A stretch of 64,000 bases of DNA from Mobula hypostoma (taxonomy: Eukaryota), in the NCBI RefSeq assembly GCF_963921235.1, contig NC_086097.1:167216001-167280000 (forward strand), in the 5' to 3' direction. Each line of letters opens with the position of its first letter. The first letter of the stretch is position 1. A program made the position numbers and the translations under genes. Below the pieces are notes generated by a model that searched no databases, had not been told where the DNA came from, and was given only the letters and a program-made list of their open reading frames with translations. This document shows, one piece after another, positions 1 through 13,330 of the stretch.

Positions 1-59
1 TTCACACCTTGTACCCATCCTTCTATTACCTGAAAAAAAATCATTAAAATAATGTAAAA

Positions 60-751
60 TGTAAGGGGGTTTCATCTTTTATGTTACTGTGTAGGCTAAT
101 TAAAATGGCTTCTTTGTTATGTTATACTTAGGAATGCTTCTTTGTTATGTTAAACACTGAGAAAGTCCTTCCCGCTAGCAGTTTGTTTTGTACTAGCTAT
201 TGATATGAGGACGAATAACCAATTGGGATAGTTGTTATGGTCTTGGTGTATTTGAAGGTATTGTATGCGCGGGGTTTTGGGGAGAAGGCGGGAGAGAGGG
301 ACAGAGGATGAACCAGGTGCTGTGAGTCCGCTACCGGGGTCGGACCCCGAGGAGGGCGTTCGGCGAGGAGACGGAGACGGACTCGTGTGGAGCGTCTGGT
401 TGACCACCGTTGTTGGTCCCGGGCGGCCGGTCGAGGTGGTCCGAGGGGTCGCAGGGTGAAGAAGAAGGATCCCGAGCTCCAACTTTTCTGTGCACGAAGA
501 GACTGAACTTTGATAAGTGTGGCACCTTTTATTTTCCTTTTATATTTTATTCTCTATTAATTATATAGTTCCAGTAATATCTATAAACTGTAAATCATTT
601 AATCGTATCTGGTGTATTGTCTGTTATCTGGGCAGGAAGGGGTACATCACACAGCATCTACACAAACTAATTACCCAGTTTGCCGGGGCCGAGGGCTGTT
701 TCCCTAGACGACAGCGAGCCGAGCGACCCTGAAGCTGGCCGGGGGACTACA
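60..751. mobile_element. Solo LTR (LTR retrotransposon/ERV-like)
   Basis: Begins TGTAAGGGG (60), ends GGACTACA (751), giving TGTA...TACA termini. Flanked by a 4-bp AAAA duplication (56-59, 752-755). CpG-rich interior contrasts with the AT-rich flanks. No internal coding region. Confidence 0.7.
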
Positions 752-1994
752 AAAATAACAAATAAAATTAACTGTACTTATGAGGCCCACAAAGTTTCAA
801 TGGCTCCTTTCAAATAAATGCAAGTAAGTGGCTTCTTTCAGTGTTCTGATACCAACTGGATGATTTATCTGATCTTTGTCCCATCTCTATACCCACATCT
901 GCCCAGCTGTCCGACTCTTGAGTTTACAGAGGTACCCTATATATTTAGGCAAATGTTAAAGGGTCAAATCTCCACTAAATTCTCTAAATAATTATACTTC
1001 AAAAGATTGTTTAATACTTTAGCCCTAGTGGTCTGAGGTGAAATTTATTATTACAATCACACATTATTTAATTATTACTATCACACATGCCCTGGAATTT
1101 TCTCAGGCATTTAGCAATGAAATCTCTTGGATTGGAGTCAATACATCTCCTAAAAGATTCAGACTGAGAAATCTATAATATGCAGCATAAACCACGAAAT
1201 TATGCATAGAAATTGAAATGAAATGGCACAAAAAGGTAGTTAAGAACAAAAAAGGTGAAAGGGATAAAGAAAAAAGATAACAAGATGCTTTATTCCCCAG
1301 AAATATTTGAAATCTGAATAAATGAAACACCATTCTTGTGAAGTTAACTTTCTTTTGACAAGAAGGTTAATTGGCAGTAAATAAGATCTATATAACACGA
1401 GATATCCACACACTTGATTAGACAAACCTGAGAAGTTTAGTGATGGTTAAGTGAAAAATTAGCACAATCTAATGTATGAGACAAGCTAATTTATACAGGC
1501 AGAAGAGATTTAATTTAATTTGGCATCATGTTCAGCACAGACATTGTGGGCAGAAGGGCCTATTCTTGAACTCAATGCCTTGACTAACAAAGGCAAAATT
1601 GTTATATGCTTTCCTTAACAACCTATTGAATTGTGTGACCAGTATATGGTTGAAAAGTAGCAAAAGGGTGGAATAATTTGATCAGCAACTTCCACATATC
1701 CTGCCTCAACTACATGCCTATAGACGCTAGAGGTTGTATTTCATCACTTCTGGTCTTCTTGCGAGGCCACAGTGGAGATGGGACCTCAGGTGCTGTTTCT
1801 ACTGCAGCTCTGATCCCAGATTACCCTAAAGGCCTTTGTTCTAGATAACATTATTGTCATATACAATGAAATTCCTTGTTTGCATAAAGCTCCCAAGAGT
1901 ACAGTATGCATGTTAATAGTACGTATAATAAAGAGTACAAAACAACAGAAAAATGTAAACATTGTAGTGCAAAATAGTGACAGTAGGCTGAATC

Positions 1995-2860
1995 AAAGGT
2001 GGTGATGAACCAGCATATAGGGAGATTGAAAATCTGGTTGAGTGGTACCATAACAACAACAACATCTTACTCAATGTCAGCAACACAAGGAGCTGATCAT
2101 TAACTACAAGACGAGGAAACTGGAGGTCCATGAGCTGGTTCTCATTGGGGAATCAAAGGTGGAGAGGGTCAGCGATTTTAAAATCCTCAGTGTTATCATT
2201 TCGGAGGACCTGTCCTAGGCCCAACACGCAAGCGCAATTCTGAAGAAAGCATGGCAGTGCAACTACTTCATTAGAGATTTGTGAAGATTTGGCATGACAT
2301 TAATTCTTTGACAAATTTCTATAAATGGGTGGTGGAGAGTATGGCTGGTTGCTTCACAATCTGGTATAGGAACACCAATAAGCTTGAATGGAAAGTCCTA
2401 CAAAAACATAGTGGATATGGCCCATCACGGATAAAGCCCTTCCCTCCATTAAGCACTTTCTACGCTAGGCACTGTCACAGGAAAGCAGCATCCATCAGAG
2501 ACCCCCACCACCTAGGTCATGCTCTCTTCTCGCTGCTACCGTCAGGAAGGTGGTACAGAAGACTCAGGACTCACACCAACCGGTTTAGTAACAGTTATTA
2601 TCTCTCAACCATCCGGCTCTTGAACCAGTGGGGATAATTTCATTCAACTTCACTCACCCCAACACCAAACTGTTCCCACAACTTATGGACTCACTTTCAG
2701 GGACATTTCATCTCATGTTTTGATACTTATTATTTATCTGTTTATTATTATTTCCTTCCTTTTGCTCTTTTGTACTTGCACAGTTTGTTGTTTATTGATT
2801 CTGTTATGGTTCTTGGATTTACACAGTATGATAATAAATTTACTTTGAACTTTTGAACTT
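1995..2860 (+). mobile_element. Rex1/Babar-type LINE, 5'-truncated 3' fragment
   Basis: Degenerate RT C-terminus (ORF 2281-2637: ...HHLGHALFSLLPSGRWYRRLRTHTNRFSNSYY...). AATAAA plus (ACTTTGA)n-like tail near 2835-2860. Confidence 0.8.
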
Positions 2861-3186
2861 AGAACATCATTGTCTGAAAACATCAGCCACACGCCACTAA
2901 TATTTTCATTAGTTTAACAGTATACAGATTCTTCAGTCTAAACTTCAGCAATAATTTGGATAATGAGTCACAATACAATCGCTGCCAACCCAATGGTTGG
3001 CTTCAATCACGGCACAACCTTGAAAGTATGTGCAAATAAACAGAGCACAGAACTTCTAATTCTCATTACCGGTTATATAATGGGTTCAAGAAGCAAATTA
3101 TTACTAAAGCTGGAATATTGAAATAAAAACCAAACATTTGGGAAATACTTGGCATGCCAAGTGTGAACTATTGGGAAAGGATGGAA

Positions 3187-3783
3187 CAGGTTCAACATCC
3201 TTCATCTGAAATGCTTGTGATCAGAAGTGTTTCAGATTTTGGACTTTTTCAGAGTTTGGAATATTCGTATCTTTATAATGAAATACTTTGGAGGATGGAA
3301 TGACCACGTTGACTGTGTTAATTACCAAATTCCAGTGTTGTGATTGCCTTTATATCCACCATCAAACAGCTGCCCGTTCCAGAGCATCTACAGTGGAAGA
3401 GGGGCCAGTTTTATATATTTTTCATAATTTTATGCACGACAAAAATTACCTTCAATCTACAGTTTGTGGTGATAAATGTTTGTTCCCTGATCAGCATACT
3501 GTTAATCGTCAAATGTTTCATTCGACACTGATGAATCACAATCGAGATCTTAATTTTCTTGTTTTGTGCAGTGTTTTTCTATTTTTCATTAACTTCTGCT
3601 CATTACATAGCTGAGGTCACTTCTCAGAACTGTCCATGGTGCACAGAAACCTACACATCGTCTCGGAAATTTCTCAGCAAATTGTGGACTTTTCAATTTG
3701 AGATGTCATGGCAGTGCTCAAAAAAAAATTCAGATTTCAGAGGTTTTCGGAGTTTGGAATTGTAGAATGGGGTACTCAACCTG
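3187..3783. mobile_element. Non-autonomous Tigger/pogo (Tc1-mariner) DNA transposon, Tigger4/MER46-like
   Basis: Imperfect TIRs CAGGTTCAACATCC ... GGTACTCAACCTG, followed by TA. Subterminal GATTTTGGA/GAGTTTGGAAT repeats at both ends. Confidence 0.65.
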
Positions 3784-3979
3784 TATCTATGTTTCAGGAC
3801 AATGATCTCATCAAAATTGCTCAGAATAGTTTATTTTGATGAAATGTCACTGACCTGAAAGTTAATTCTCCCCTTGCTCTCTCTATATACAGATGCTGAT
3901 TGGTCCACTGAATGCTTTCAGCAATATTTTCCTTTTCATATTTTCCTTACTTTCAATTACAGTATTAGGAAGCAGCTGA

Positions 3980-4660
3980 CTGAGCAGCTTTATCAAGCTT
4001 TGGAGATGATGTAGAGGAGACTTGTCAGGGTGCTGCATGGATTAGAGAACATGTCCTCTAAGGAAACGTTGAGTGAGCTGGGGCTTTTCTCTTTGGAGTG
4101 AGGAGGATGAAAGGTAATGATAGAGGTGTATAACATTATAGTGGCATAAATAGAGTGTGCAGCCAGCATTTTTTTTTCCCCAGGGTGGCAATGGCTAATA
4201 CCAGATGACATCCTTTTAAGATGAGTGGAGGAAAGTTCAGGGGAGATGTCAGAGGTGGGTTTCTTGTTTTTACATAGAGAGTGGTAGGTACCTGGAATGC
4301 ACTGCTAGGGAGTGGCAGTAGAGTTTGATACATTTAGGATATTTAAGAGATTCTTAGATACACAAAACCGCATGATATTGCAGCAGAATTAGGATATTTG
4401 GCCCATCAGACCTGCTCCACCATTTCATCATGGTTGATCTATTTTTCTTCTCAGCCCCAATCACCTGTATCCCTTCATGCCATGACTAAACAAGAATCTA
4501 TCAACCTCTGCCTTAAATATACGTAAAGACTTGGCATCCACACATACAAGGATGAAAGAAAAATTGATGATTTGGGGCCCTGTAGGAGGGAAAGGTGAAA
4601 TTGATCATGGTGTAGGTTATAAGACCAGTACAATATCATGGGCTGAAGAGCCATGTAATT
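3980..4660 (+). mobile_element. CR1 LINE 3' fragment (with a short inverted CR1-tail/SINE insert at about 4370-4540)
   Basis: Degenerate CR1 RT C-terminal motifs (...GAGCTGGGGCTTTTCTCTTTGGAG..., ...CATAGAGAGTGGTAGGTACCTGGAATGCACTGC...). Confidence 0.7.
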
Positions 4661-7149
4661 ATGTAATTACTTTACTGAACTGCTTGTGAAGTTCCAAGTA
4701 CAGCTCATTATCTCTGTGCCCAATGGTGTACCCTAACTACTGACCAAATGGTTTATCAAATGATTAGATTAGAGGCCGCAATAACAAAGGATTGTTTACT
4801 AAATGCAGTTATCAATGACAAAAGTGTCCAATGTTATTCTGTACATTTAGCATATTGCTGGTTATAGAAAAAGCAATGCAGTAAAGTCATACAGTTTTTG
4901 AAAATATTTTAGCATTGTACTAAGTGGTTATTTAACAAGCAGATAATTTTATAGCAACACAACAAAATTGGGAGGTAAAATGAAAGAAAATGTTTATGAA
5001 AAGCTTATTTTAGGTGCTGGTATGATGAAATATTTATAGTTCAGTTCAAATTTAAATCCATACATTTAGCTGCATGACTACTCCTAATGCATCTTCTATT
5101 ATTTGGATACATAATTAACTCAAATAATGTTCTTCTATGAAAGAAAAAAATTCCCAGTCTACTATATCCTAAATATAAGATCTGCAGGTGTAGATATCAA
5201 AGGGAAACAAGGGATAGCTTGTAGCTTGCAGCAAATAAAGGAAAGTCTTAAATAAATAATTGTTTTAAAATATAGATTTATCAATGACATATTAAAAATA
5301 CATGTACTATGAAAACAAAATTCAGCTAATTTGATTTGGAGTATGCTGATGGCAGTAATATGGTGTTCATGACTTACTACATCAGTTAAAAATTCATTAA
5401 TTTTGCGTAATCTTTGTATTATTAGTACTTTTTCTTATGCTGATGCATCTTACTTTACAAATGACTACTTCAGAAAATATCCCACTGGCCGTAAAGCACA
5501 TTTGGAAATTCTGAGATCAAAAAGGAGTTGTATAATTAGAAACTTCTTATGCAATGCCAAAATTAAAATGTCTTTATCTGACAGTTATTCATAATCATCA
5601 CATTAACCGGCGAACTCATTTTAAGCCAAGCCTACTTGTAGCTGAATAGTGTCCTCAATGAAGCAACAGCTCGAGTTTTTGATTTAATTCTTCCTGTTCT
5701 ATAGGGGTGATCGGGACAGAAACAAATAATTTTGATGCTTTTGCAGGTAACTCAGTGTCAGCAAATAAAGTTCAGCAGCAGAAGTCTTAAACACTGGAGT
5801 TCAATTATCATTCTTTGCATTTTTATGTGAAGCTACAGAGTGCCTGTGGATTTTATCTTTTCTCAGTTCAGGTTAGCTCTGCATAGTTTATTTAAAACCT
5901 GTTACAGTAAAGTTGTTGTTGGCAGGCAACCTGGTTATTTGAGGAATAAATGGCAGTGGGGGGTGCATGCTACATGGGGAAATACAGACTATTTATTGAC
6001 AACACTGCATCAGTCAATGAGCTGCTGTATATAACCAATAAATAACAGACAGTCTACCCAAAGCAAGTCATTATTCAGATCTTTGTTTGCTCAAAGGTTG
6101 GTACAATATCGCTGGCCAAACTACCTGTACTGTGCTATAGTGTTCTATGTTCTATTCTGTTTAAGACTGGATGAAACAGAAGCTATAGCTCCGTCTCCCG
6201 ACACAAACTGGATAATTTCTCCATGAAAATGCAGTGGGTGAAAAATAGTTACATACAAATTGTGTGCATAAAATTGATCACAGTTATCAAAAATAACACA
6301 AGGTCACCAAATTTGACAGACAGGGAAAACTATCCAACATCTCCCATCTGGATAGTCAAAATATTAGTAAATACAACCATAAAATTAAAAGACTGTGCAA
6401 GAATTCTTTAAGAAAGTTCTTTCAGAGTTGAATTCATGGTCTGAAAAAGAACACACAGCTGTTTGGAAAGAGAATTAGTAACAGTATGGATTGAGGTGAT
6501 CAAATTAGCCGTGAAGTATGAAGCTTTCTCATTGCCAAAGCAGGGAGGTTTTGTCTGGCCTAGTCAATGTTACTACTACAGGGAGGTGGTATAATAGAAT
6601 AAAGGGGTATATTTCCAACAGTGGAGAAAAAAAAATTCTTGCTTGTTTACCTTCAAAGTACCCATATATTTGAGTGCAGAACTTCTAAGGACATACAGTA
6701 TAATGTGCGAGTGAAAAGGTTTTGGGCACTTTGCTCAATCCATAGCTTCTTAAATACCCAGAACCCAAAAGGGACCTCTTAGAAATAAGTGCACATTGTA
6801 CACATCTGACCCTCTGCCCATGTAACTACTCCACAGAATTTTAAATAAAGGACTTGGCAGTAAATTTGTGCCAACTTTATGAAGTTTAAACAGGACATAG
6901 TTTCTGAAAAAAATGTTTAATCTTCCAGGACACATTATAAATATTTGGCACTTTTTGTAATCAACTAAGCTGTTTTGTTTGACACCAATCTTTAGTTTTC
7001 ACTGAACCTTTATTAAATACCGATGCCCGTGTTGTCCCTGGATTAGAAAGTGTCAAATGGTTCAGGACAGGAGGAAGAGGGAAGACAGGAAACTACAAAC
7101 AAGCTCACTTGACGCAACTGTTGAGGAAATGCAGAATCTATGTTTACGG

Positions 7150-7575
7150 TTACAGCCACATAAAGTTACAAAGCAGAATCAACATGATTTTGTGACAGGA
7201 AATTATGTTTGAGAAATTAATATATTAATATCTGATATAACATTATGAGGCACAGATACAGTAGATAGCCACTCTGTTTCTTATGGCAAGTGTGTAAAAC
7301 TAGAGGGCAGAGGTTTAATGTCAGAGGGGGGAGTTTTAAAGGGTTTTGAGGGGTTAATATTTGAACAGAGCTGTTGGTATCTGCAATGGTCTGAGAGAGG
7401 TGGTTGAGGCAAGAATTGTACTAACATTCAAGAGGTACCTAGCCAAGTAATTTAAGAAGCAGAATATAGAGGGGTATGGAATGAGTGCAGGCATGCATGT
7501 TTTAGTAGAGATAGGCATGATGATCGGCCTAGACACAGTGAGCTGAAAGGCCTGTTTCTATATTGTATAACTCTG
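7150..7575 (+). mobile_element. CR1 LINE 3' fragment
   Basis: CR1 3' motifs (ACTAGAGGGCAGAGGTTTAA; GAGCTGAAAGGCCTGTTTCT tail). Confidence 0.6.
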
Positions 7576-7754
7576 ATACAGTATTTCTAAGGATGTAATG
7601 ACCCAAAATGCAAGGTGGGGGGGGGGGGGTGGTGCTGCAGGGATAGGGGAACTGTAGATGAAAATTACGTTTTTCTTTCCAAATTGCTTGGAAACAAAGG
7701 CTCTTGATGTTGGAGCACACAATAACTTGTAACTCGAGCTATGCTTATGAAATT

Positions 7755-8095
7755 AGAAGCACAGTGAGCAGAACTGCTGCCTTGCGGCTCCAAGTTGAAT
7801 CCTGGCCTCTGGCACTCTCAATGTGGAGTTTACACATTATCCATGACTGGCTTCATCCAGGTCTACAATTCCCCGCATATCGCTAGAGCCTACAGGTTGG
7901 TGACTCAATTAGCCACAGCAAAGTGCATCTAGTGAGAAGCTGAGTGACAGAATCTTGGGGGGGGGGGTGGCAGGGTCAGCTGGGAGCTGATGATAACGTG
8001 AGAAGAATTTTTAAAATGGGATTTGTGTTGTATTAGTGTAAATGGGTGGTTGGTTGGTCGGTATGGGGGCCAAAGCGGACATTTAGTGCTGTAAT
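7755..8095 (+). mobile_element. tRNA-derived SINE (HE1/V-SINE-like), decayed
   Basis: B-box-like TTGAATCC followed by the TGTGGAGTTT..CACATT core and a CR1-like 3' tail. Confidence 0.5.
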
Positions 8096-8649
8096 TTGGA
8101 ATGGTGACAAGTTAACAAGTGAAATGGCAGATTGTTATTGGGAAGGTGTCATGGGGATTAACGCAATTTAACCAACATGCTACAATTAAACTAAGGGAAG
8201 TCTGGGCCTACTTCCTGCTTGTGAAGTGTGTTTGGTGCACCATAGTCCTCATCGCTACCTGCTTGAGATTCTTTGTTATCTATTACTTGCATGGTAACTA
8301 GGAGATACCTCAGCCCTGCCTGATATTGGGCCTCTACAGTAAACCTCCCTTTGCTCAAACAGCTTGGTGTTGCAATGCTGCACATGTGGTGCACTGGTTG
8401 TAATCGTCAGACCATCACTACTGAAACTGGGATGCAGCCAACACATTCTTCCTCCCGAGAGGTTCGACTGTGAACCATCAGTTTTGATGGATGCAAAATA
8501 TCCATCCAACTGACTAGCCTGGAGATGGAAAATTTCGAATAATATTGACAACTGCCTCCAACTCAATTTCTTCTTGGCAAAGTAATAAGGAATTTGTGAG
8601 GACTATCATCCAAAAGGCCTTGTTGCAATAAAGCTTTTAAAAGAATCTT

Positions 8650-9710
8650 GGATTTAGTTCAGGAGATAACTATTGATGTCATGTACAATCAATGTGTTAT
8701 GCAAATTCTTACTCAAGTATCTCTATATGATCCAGAATAACAATTCCAATGCACAGGAACACAAGCAGCTGCTAAGTATAGTGGAATCAGCAAAATACAT
8801 CAAAAGCAAATCCATCCTCACCATCACTAATATCCACAGGAGTCACTGCTTCAAGAAGAAAACATCCTCACCATCAAGGCCACGCCATCTTCTTGCAGCT
8901 ACCATTAGTACCATTGGATTCAGAACCCCGAAGTCCCACACCATCAAGTTCAAGACCATTCAAATATTTGGTTCCTCAACCAAACAACACAACCAAAATC
9001 ATTACAGTTTAGCAACACTAACACTTTGACCACTTTTGCTTTGCTATGTTTCTGCTCTCATTGTGATCTCTTATTAATAAATGTGTAAAATTTATTATTA
9101 ATTGATATTTTTCTTGTGAATGCTGCTTATACAATGTTATATGCTTATGATGCCACTGCAAGTAAGTTTTTCAATGCATCTGTGCGTTTGTACACTTATG
9201 CATATGACAGCAAATTCAACAGCACCTCTACTTCATTAAAAGTTTGCGAAGATTCAGTTTGGCATCTAAAACTTTGACAAACTTCTATAGATGTGTTGTG
9301 GAAAGTATATTACCTGGTGCCATCACAGCCTGGTAGGGGAAGGCCAATGCCCTTGAATGGAAAATCCTACAAAAATGAGAAGATATGGCCATGGGTAAAG
9401 CCCTCCCCGCCATTGAATCTCTTGAGCAGTGGATAACTTCACTCACCTAATCACTGATCTGCCCCACAATTTATGGACTCACGTTCAAGGACTCTTCATC
9501 TCATGTTCTTGATATTTATTGTTTATTTTTTATTATTATTTCTTTTTTTTTCTTTTGTATTTGCAGAGTTGTTCTCTTTTGCACATTGGTTGTGTGGTCT
9601 TTCAATGATACTGTTATGTTTCTCAGATTTACTGAGTATGCCCACAAGAAAACATTGTATATGGTAACAGATATATACTTTGATACTAAATTTAACTTCT
9701 GAACTTTGAA
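8650..9710 (+). mobile_element. Two tandem Rex1/Babar-type LINE 3' fragments
   Basis: Degenerate RT C-terminal coding remnants (8673-9029) and two 3' UTR/tail regions ending at about 9210 and 9710. Confidence 0.65.
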
Positions 9711-12179
9711 AATGTTAGCAATGTAATTATAAACTGTAGTTACTTCGAATACATCACTAAAAATGATTACTCTACCAATATTTGCTCTGGTCTTCTTGAC
9801 AATTACTTCAGTGGTTAAGACTACAGACCAAATTCAGATAAAGAGGACTAAAATAGATAGTAAGTGGTTAGTGTAGACAGAATAGACCAGAGGATCTAGG
9901 CATGACTTTAATCAATCCTACTAAACAACAATTGCGAGAAGTTACAACACTCTTGGCCCTGAAATAACCATTGGCTCCTATTTCAAGGACCAGACGGAGA
10001 TAAGATCTTAAGGACCACCAGGTTTGTCAATTGTCTGAAATGCTCCATTCATCATTCTCCAAATCCTTGGTAATACTTTGATCTGAACTCATTATTAACT
10101 GTCTTAAACATTTTAAATTGTTTGTAGACTCCATTCAAAATGAAAGATTTGCTCCACTCATCTTCCAGGGCTATCTTACATCTCAGAGGAACAGAATACA
10201 AGTTAACAATTTCTCTGAAATTCACACCCCAGATTTGAAGAGTTTCATTTTTTGCTTAGTTTGAGAATGTTCTTTAAGCTTTCATTTGCACTTCACAATA
10301 CTGTGTCGCAACAATGCTTCAGTTCAGAGATGCATTTAATTTTGGTCTTCAAACAATAATACTAACTTAAAATTGATAACAACAAAAACATCAACTGTGT
10401 TTCTGACTTGATAAGAATTTTGTGTTTTTATTTTACATTCAAATTTATATTGAATTACTTAAATTTACCATGTCCCAAGATATTACTAATACCATCCAAC
10501 CAGCATACTTAATAAACAAACAAGATTATTCTATAGACTCGGTATCTTAAAGTGATGCAAGATTAACAAACGTGTTAGTTCTACAAATATAAGATTTACT
10601 GCCAGTAGTCCTATTGGTGAAAATGTTACTTTACATTAGACTTTATTTTACTTTAATGTAATTATTATTTTTAAAATGAGTCAGTGAGGAGGAGAGATAT
10701 ACTCTCTAGCATTTGACATTATCAGCCTGGGGAAAAGACTATCTACACTTTGACTGCCTCTCGTAATATTATATAATTCTATTAGCCTTTGCCTTTATAA
10801 ACCTCCCCAACCAGCTGCTCTGGACAGCCTCCTGATCTCAGAGGTACTAAGATTTTGGGAATTGAGGGTTTGCCAGTAAGATTCACATCTCAAGAAAGAA
10901 CGAACTTTAAAAAAAGTTCTGATTGACCCAAGTATTGCTGAAACAAAATTGTTCTTCACAAGTCTTAAAAGGAAAAACCGAAGAGCGTGGATACACCACC
11001 AGTGGATGCATTATGGATGGTGGTGAGTGGGTGGGAAGTGAAAGCAGAAGCTTTGCCAGAAATATAGCCAATGGATGTCAATTTATTCATTTTTCACCTT
11101 GAAGCTTATCAGCCGAAGTGCTCTCGCTACGCTAATGAAAATAAAGTAGAGGAGGTGCATCACCACAAGTCTATTTCCTCATTTCCAATTAATTTGCAAA
11201 ATCCTCTAAAATCTGAGATTTTTTTGAGAATTACATTCTAAAACAATTTTGTAAAAGTCCTACTTAAAATGTAACAGCAACAATAATGATGAAAAATCAT
11301 TGATCTAAAAGATTATCACGCACCCATACACCACCCTATAATTTCATCAGTGAATTAAGGATTTCTACATTACACAGCAAGTATGCAGAAGTTCTTGTTT
11401 TAACTTTAGATTGAATGGCTGAATTTCTCAGCTCCTTTCAGAATCAACAGCCACAACCAACATGATCTGATCTCTTTGCACTTTTCCTCTCTGTTCAGAG
11501 TCTTAATGACCTGCTGAGCATTTCACCTCATATTTCTCCTCAAAGTGACTGTCAACCATGCCTGCACCCAGAAACAAAACCTTCAAAAGTATTCGAATAA
11601 ACTTGTATACAATATATAAAATACATACTTTGCCACTTAGCTTTACTGAGGAAAAACAAATTGGGGCAGCGTGAATTCCATTAAATTCTCAAAATCATAA
11701 TTCTCCTATAAAGTTTCATTTTGGTACCTTGTGAAGAGTTACTGGTACCACTAATAGTTACCTCAAATTTCAATAAGAAAATCTTTTTTAAAAATAACCT
11801 GTGTTGTCATTTTCTTATACCAGTCTGTCACAGTTTTCAGTTTAATTTCCTCTATAACATTAAGCATGCAATCAAATTGTACGTTTGTATTTACTTTCCT
11901 TTAATTACCCAGTGTGACGGTCATGCTGAGAACAATGTAATTATTTGCAAGATTCACTTCTATCTTTGGCAAGCAACAAATTATTCAGGCATGTTTCTGC
12001 ACAAATACTGCCAGCTTGTTACTTTGTATTTTTTCAAAAACTTGTTCCAAACATTTATGACACTATTCAAGTACATTTACTTTTTGTGTATTATCAATTA
12101 AAAATAGAGCGTGGATGAGGAAGGTCACTTCCACGTGTTCAGGGATCCAGAATGAAGAACCACTGATTCAAACTTAATA

Positions 12180-12385
12180 TACAAAATGCTAAAACACTCA
12201 GCAGGTCACAGATCAGTCTGAAGCTCTGGAAAGTGTAATAGGGTTAAATGTTTCAAATCAAGATAATGGGTCTCAGGCCTGAAACATTAACTATTTTCTC
12301 CTTTTTCCACAGATGCTGCCCAACTACCGGGTGATTTCAGCATTTTCTCATTTTAATTCAGATTACTAGCATTGGCAGTTTTTAA
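12180..12385. repeat. Penelope-type short repeat (inverted pair, hammerhead-like relic)
   Basis: ACAAAATGCT..ACTCAGCAGGTCA on the left and CACAGATGCTGCC..CAGCATTTT on the right in opposite orientation. GGGTCTCAGGCCTGAAAC core. Confidence 0.55.
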
Positions 12386-12729
12386 ACTTGATTTAAAAAC
12401 TCTTGATTTGAGATTACAGGCAATCACACTTTATATAAAAAACGGACCATAATGTGGCACAGATAAAGGTTTAGTCTAAAATAGTAAGATGGCAGTAAAG
12501 TACAAGATGATGCCAGCAACTGACACAACTAACAGTGATGTCCTGCGGACAGTTCACAAAACTACTACTTTGTCACTATCTTTTAACTTCTACTAACTTG
12601 TGTGTGACAGGAGCCTGTAACTTACATTTTGATAATATGTTTTGGGCCAATTGTACAACCTGGCACCTTTGCTGTCTCCGAAGGAATTCTACATGCTTGA
12701 CAGCAAGTTTGAGAACAGTGTATGTGGCC

Positions 12730-13330
12730 TATTGGCGAAGCACAGAGCCATGATCATGACCAGCACTCGTTGATCTCACCAATTAAAGCGTTGAGCAAGG
12801 TTCAAATCAACAGGGGTGAGAGCAGAAGGCGAGCAGGTATTCAACAACAACTATCTGAGTTTGAAAAGGCTTCTCTCTCCCTTGCTGCCGCCAGAGGAAG
12901 GTGCAGGACTCTTGACCCTTGGGCAAGGTTTGATCAGTGCAGCTTGTGGATTGGACTTGTTTTTTGGAGGACTCTACAATTCAGGTTATGCATTTCCGGC
13001 TACTCCTTCTTTATTGCTATTTTGTGCGATTTTGGTCGGGGCAGGCTGGCGCTGCGGTCTGCAGTCACTGAATGACAAAGCACTAAATTGAACTGAACTG
13101 AACTAAACTAAACATTCCCAGACTGTTTCCAGTACTTTGGGGTTTAATGTTTATTATTCTGTGTTACTAACTCCTTTTTTGCCATTTGCGCAATTTGTTG
13201 GGTGTTCGATTGTTTATTTTCCCCAATCGGTTCCATGGTTTTACCTTGTTTCATGGCTGCCTGTGGGAAGATGAATCTCAGGGTTGTATACTGCATACAA
13301 ACTTTGATAATAAGTGTACTTTGAATGTTT
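12730..13330 (+). mobile_element. Non-autonomous retroelement with Rex-type 3' tail
   Basis: Internal (ACTGA)n microsatellite at 13085-13110. The 3' end GAAGATGAATCTCAGGGTTGTATA...GATAATAAGTGTACTTTGAA is shared with Rex tails elsewhere in the window. Confidence 0.55.

Noticed and set aside
10960..11030. Possible small exon (AG...GTGAGT)
   Set aside because: Weak acceptor and no recognisable peptide in either open frame.
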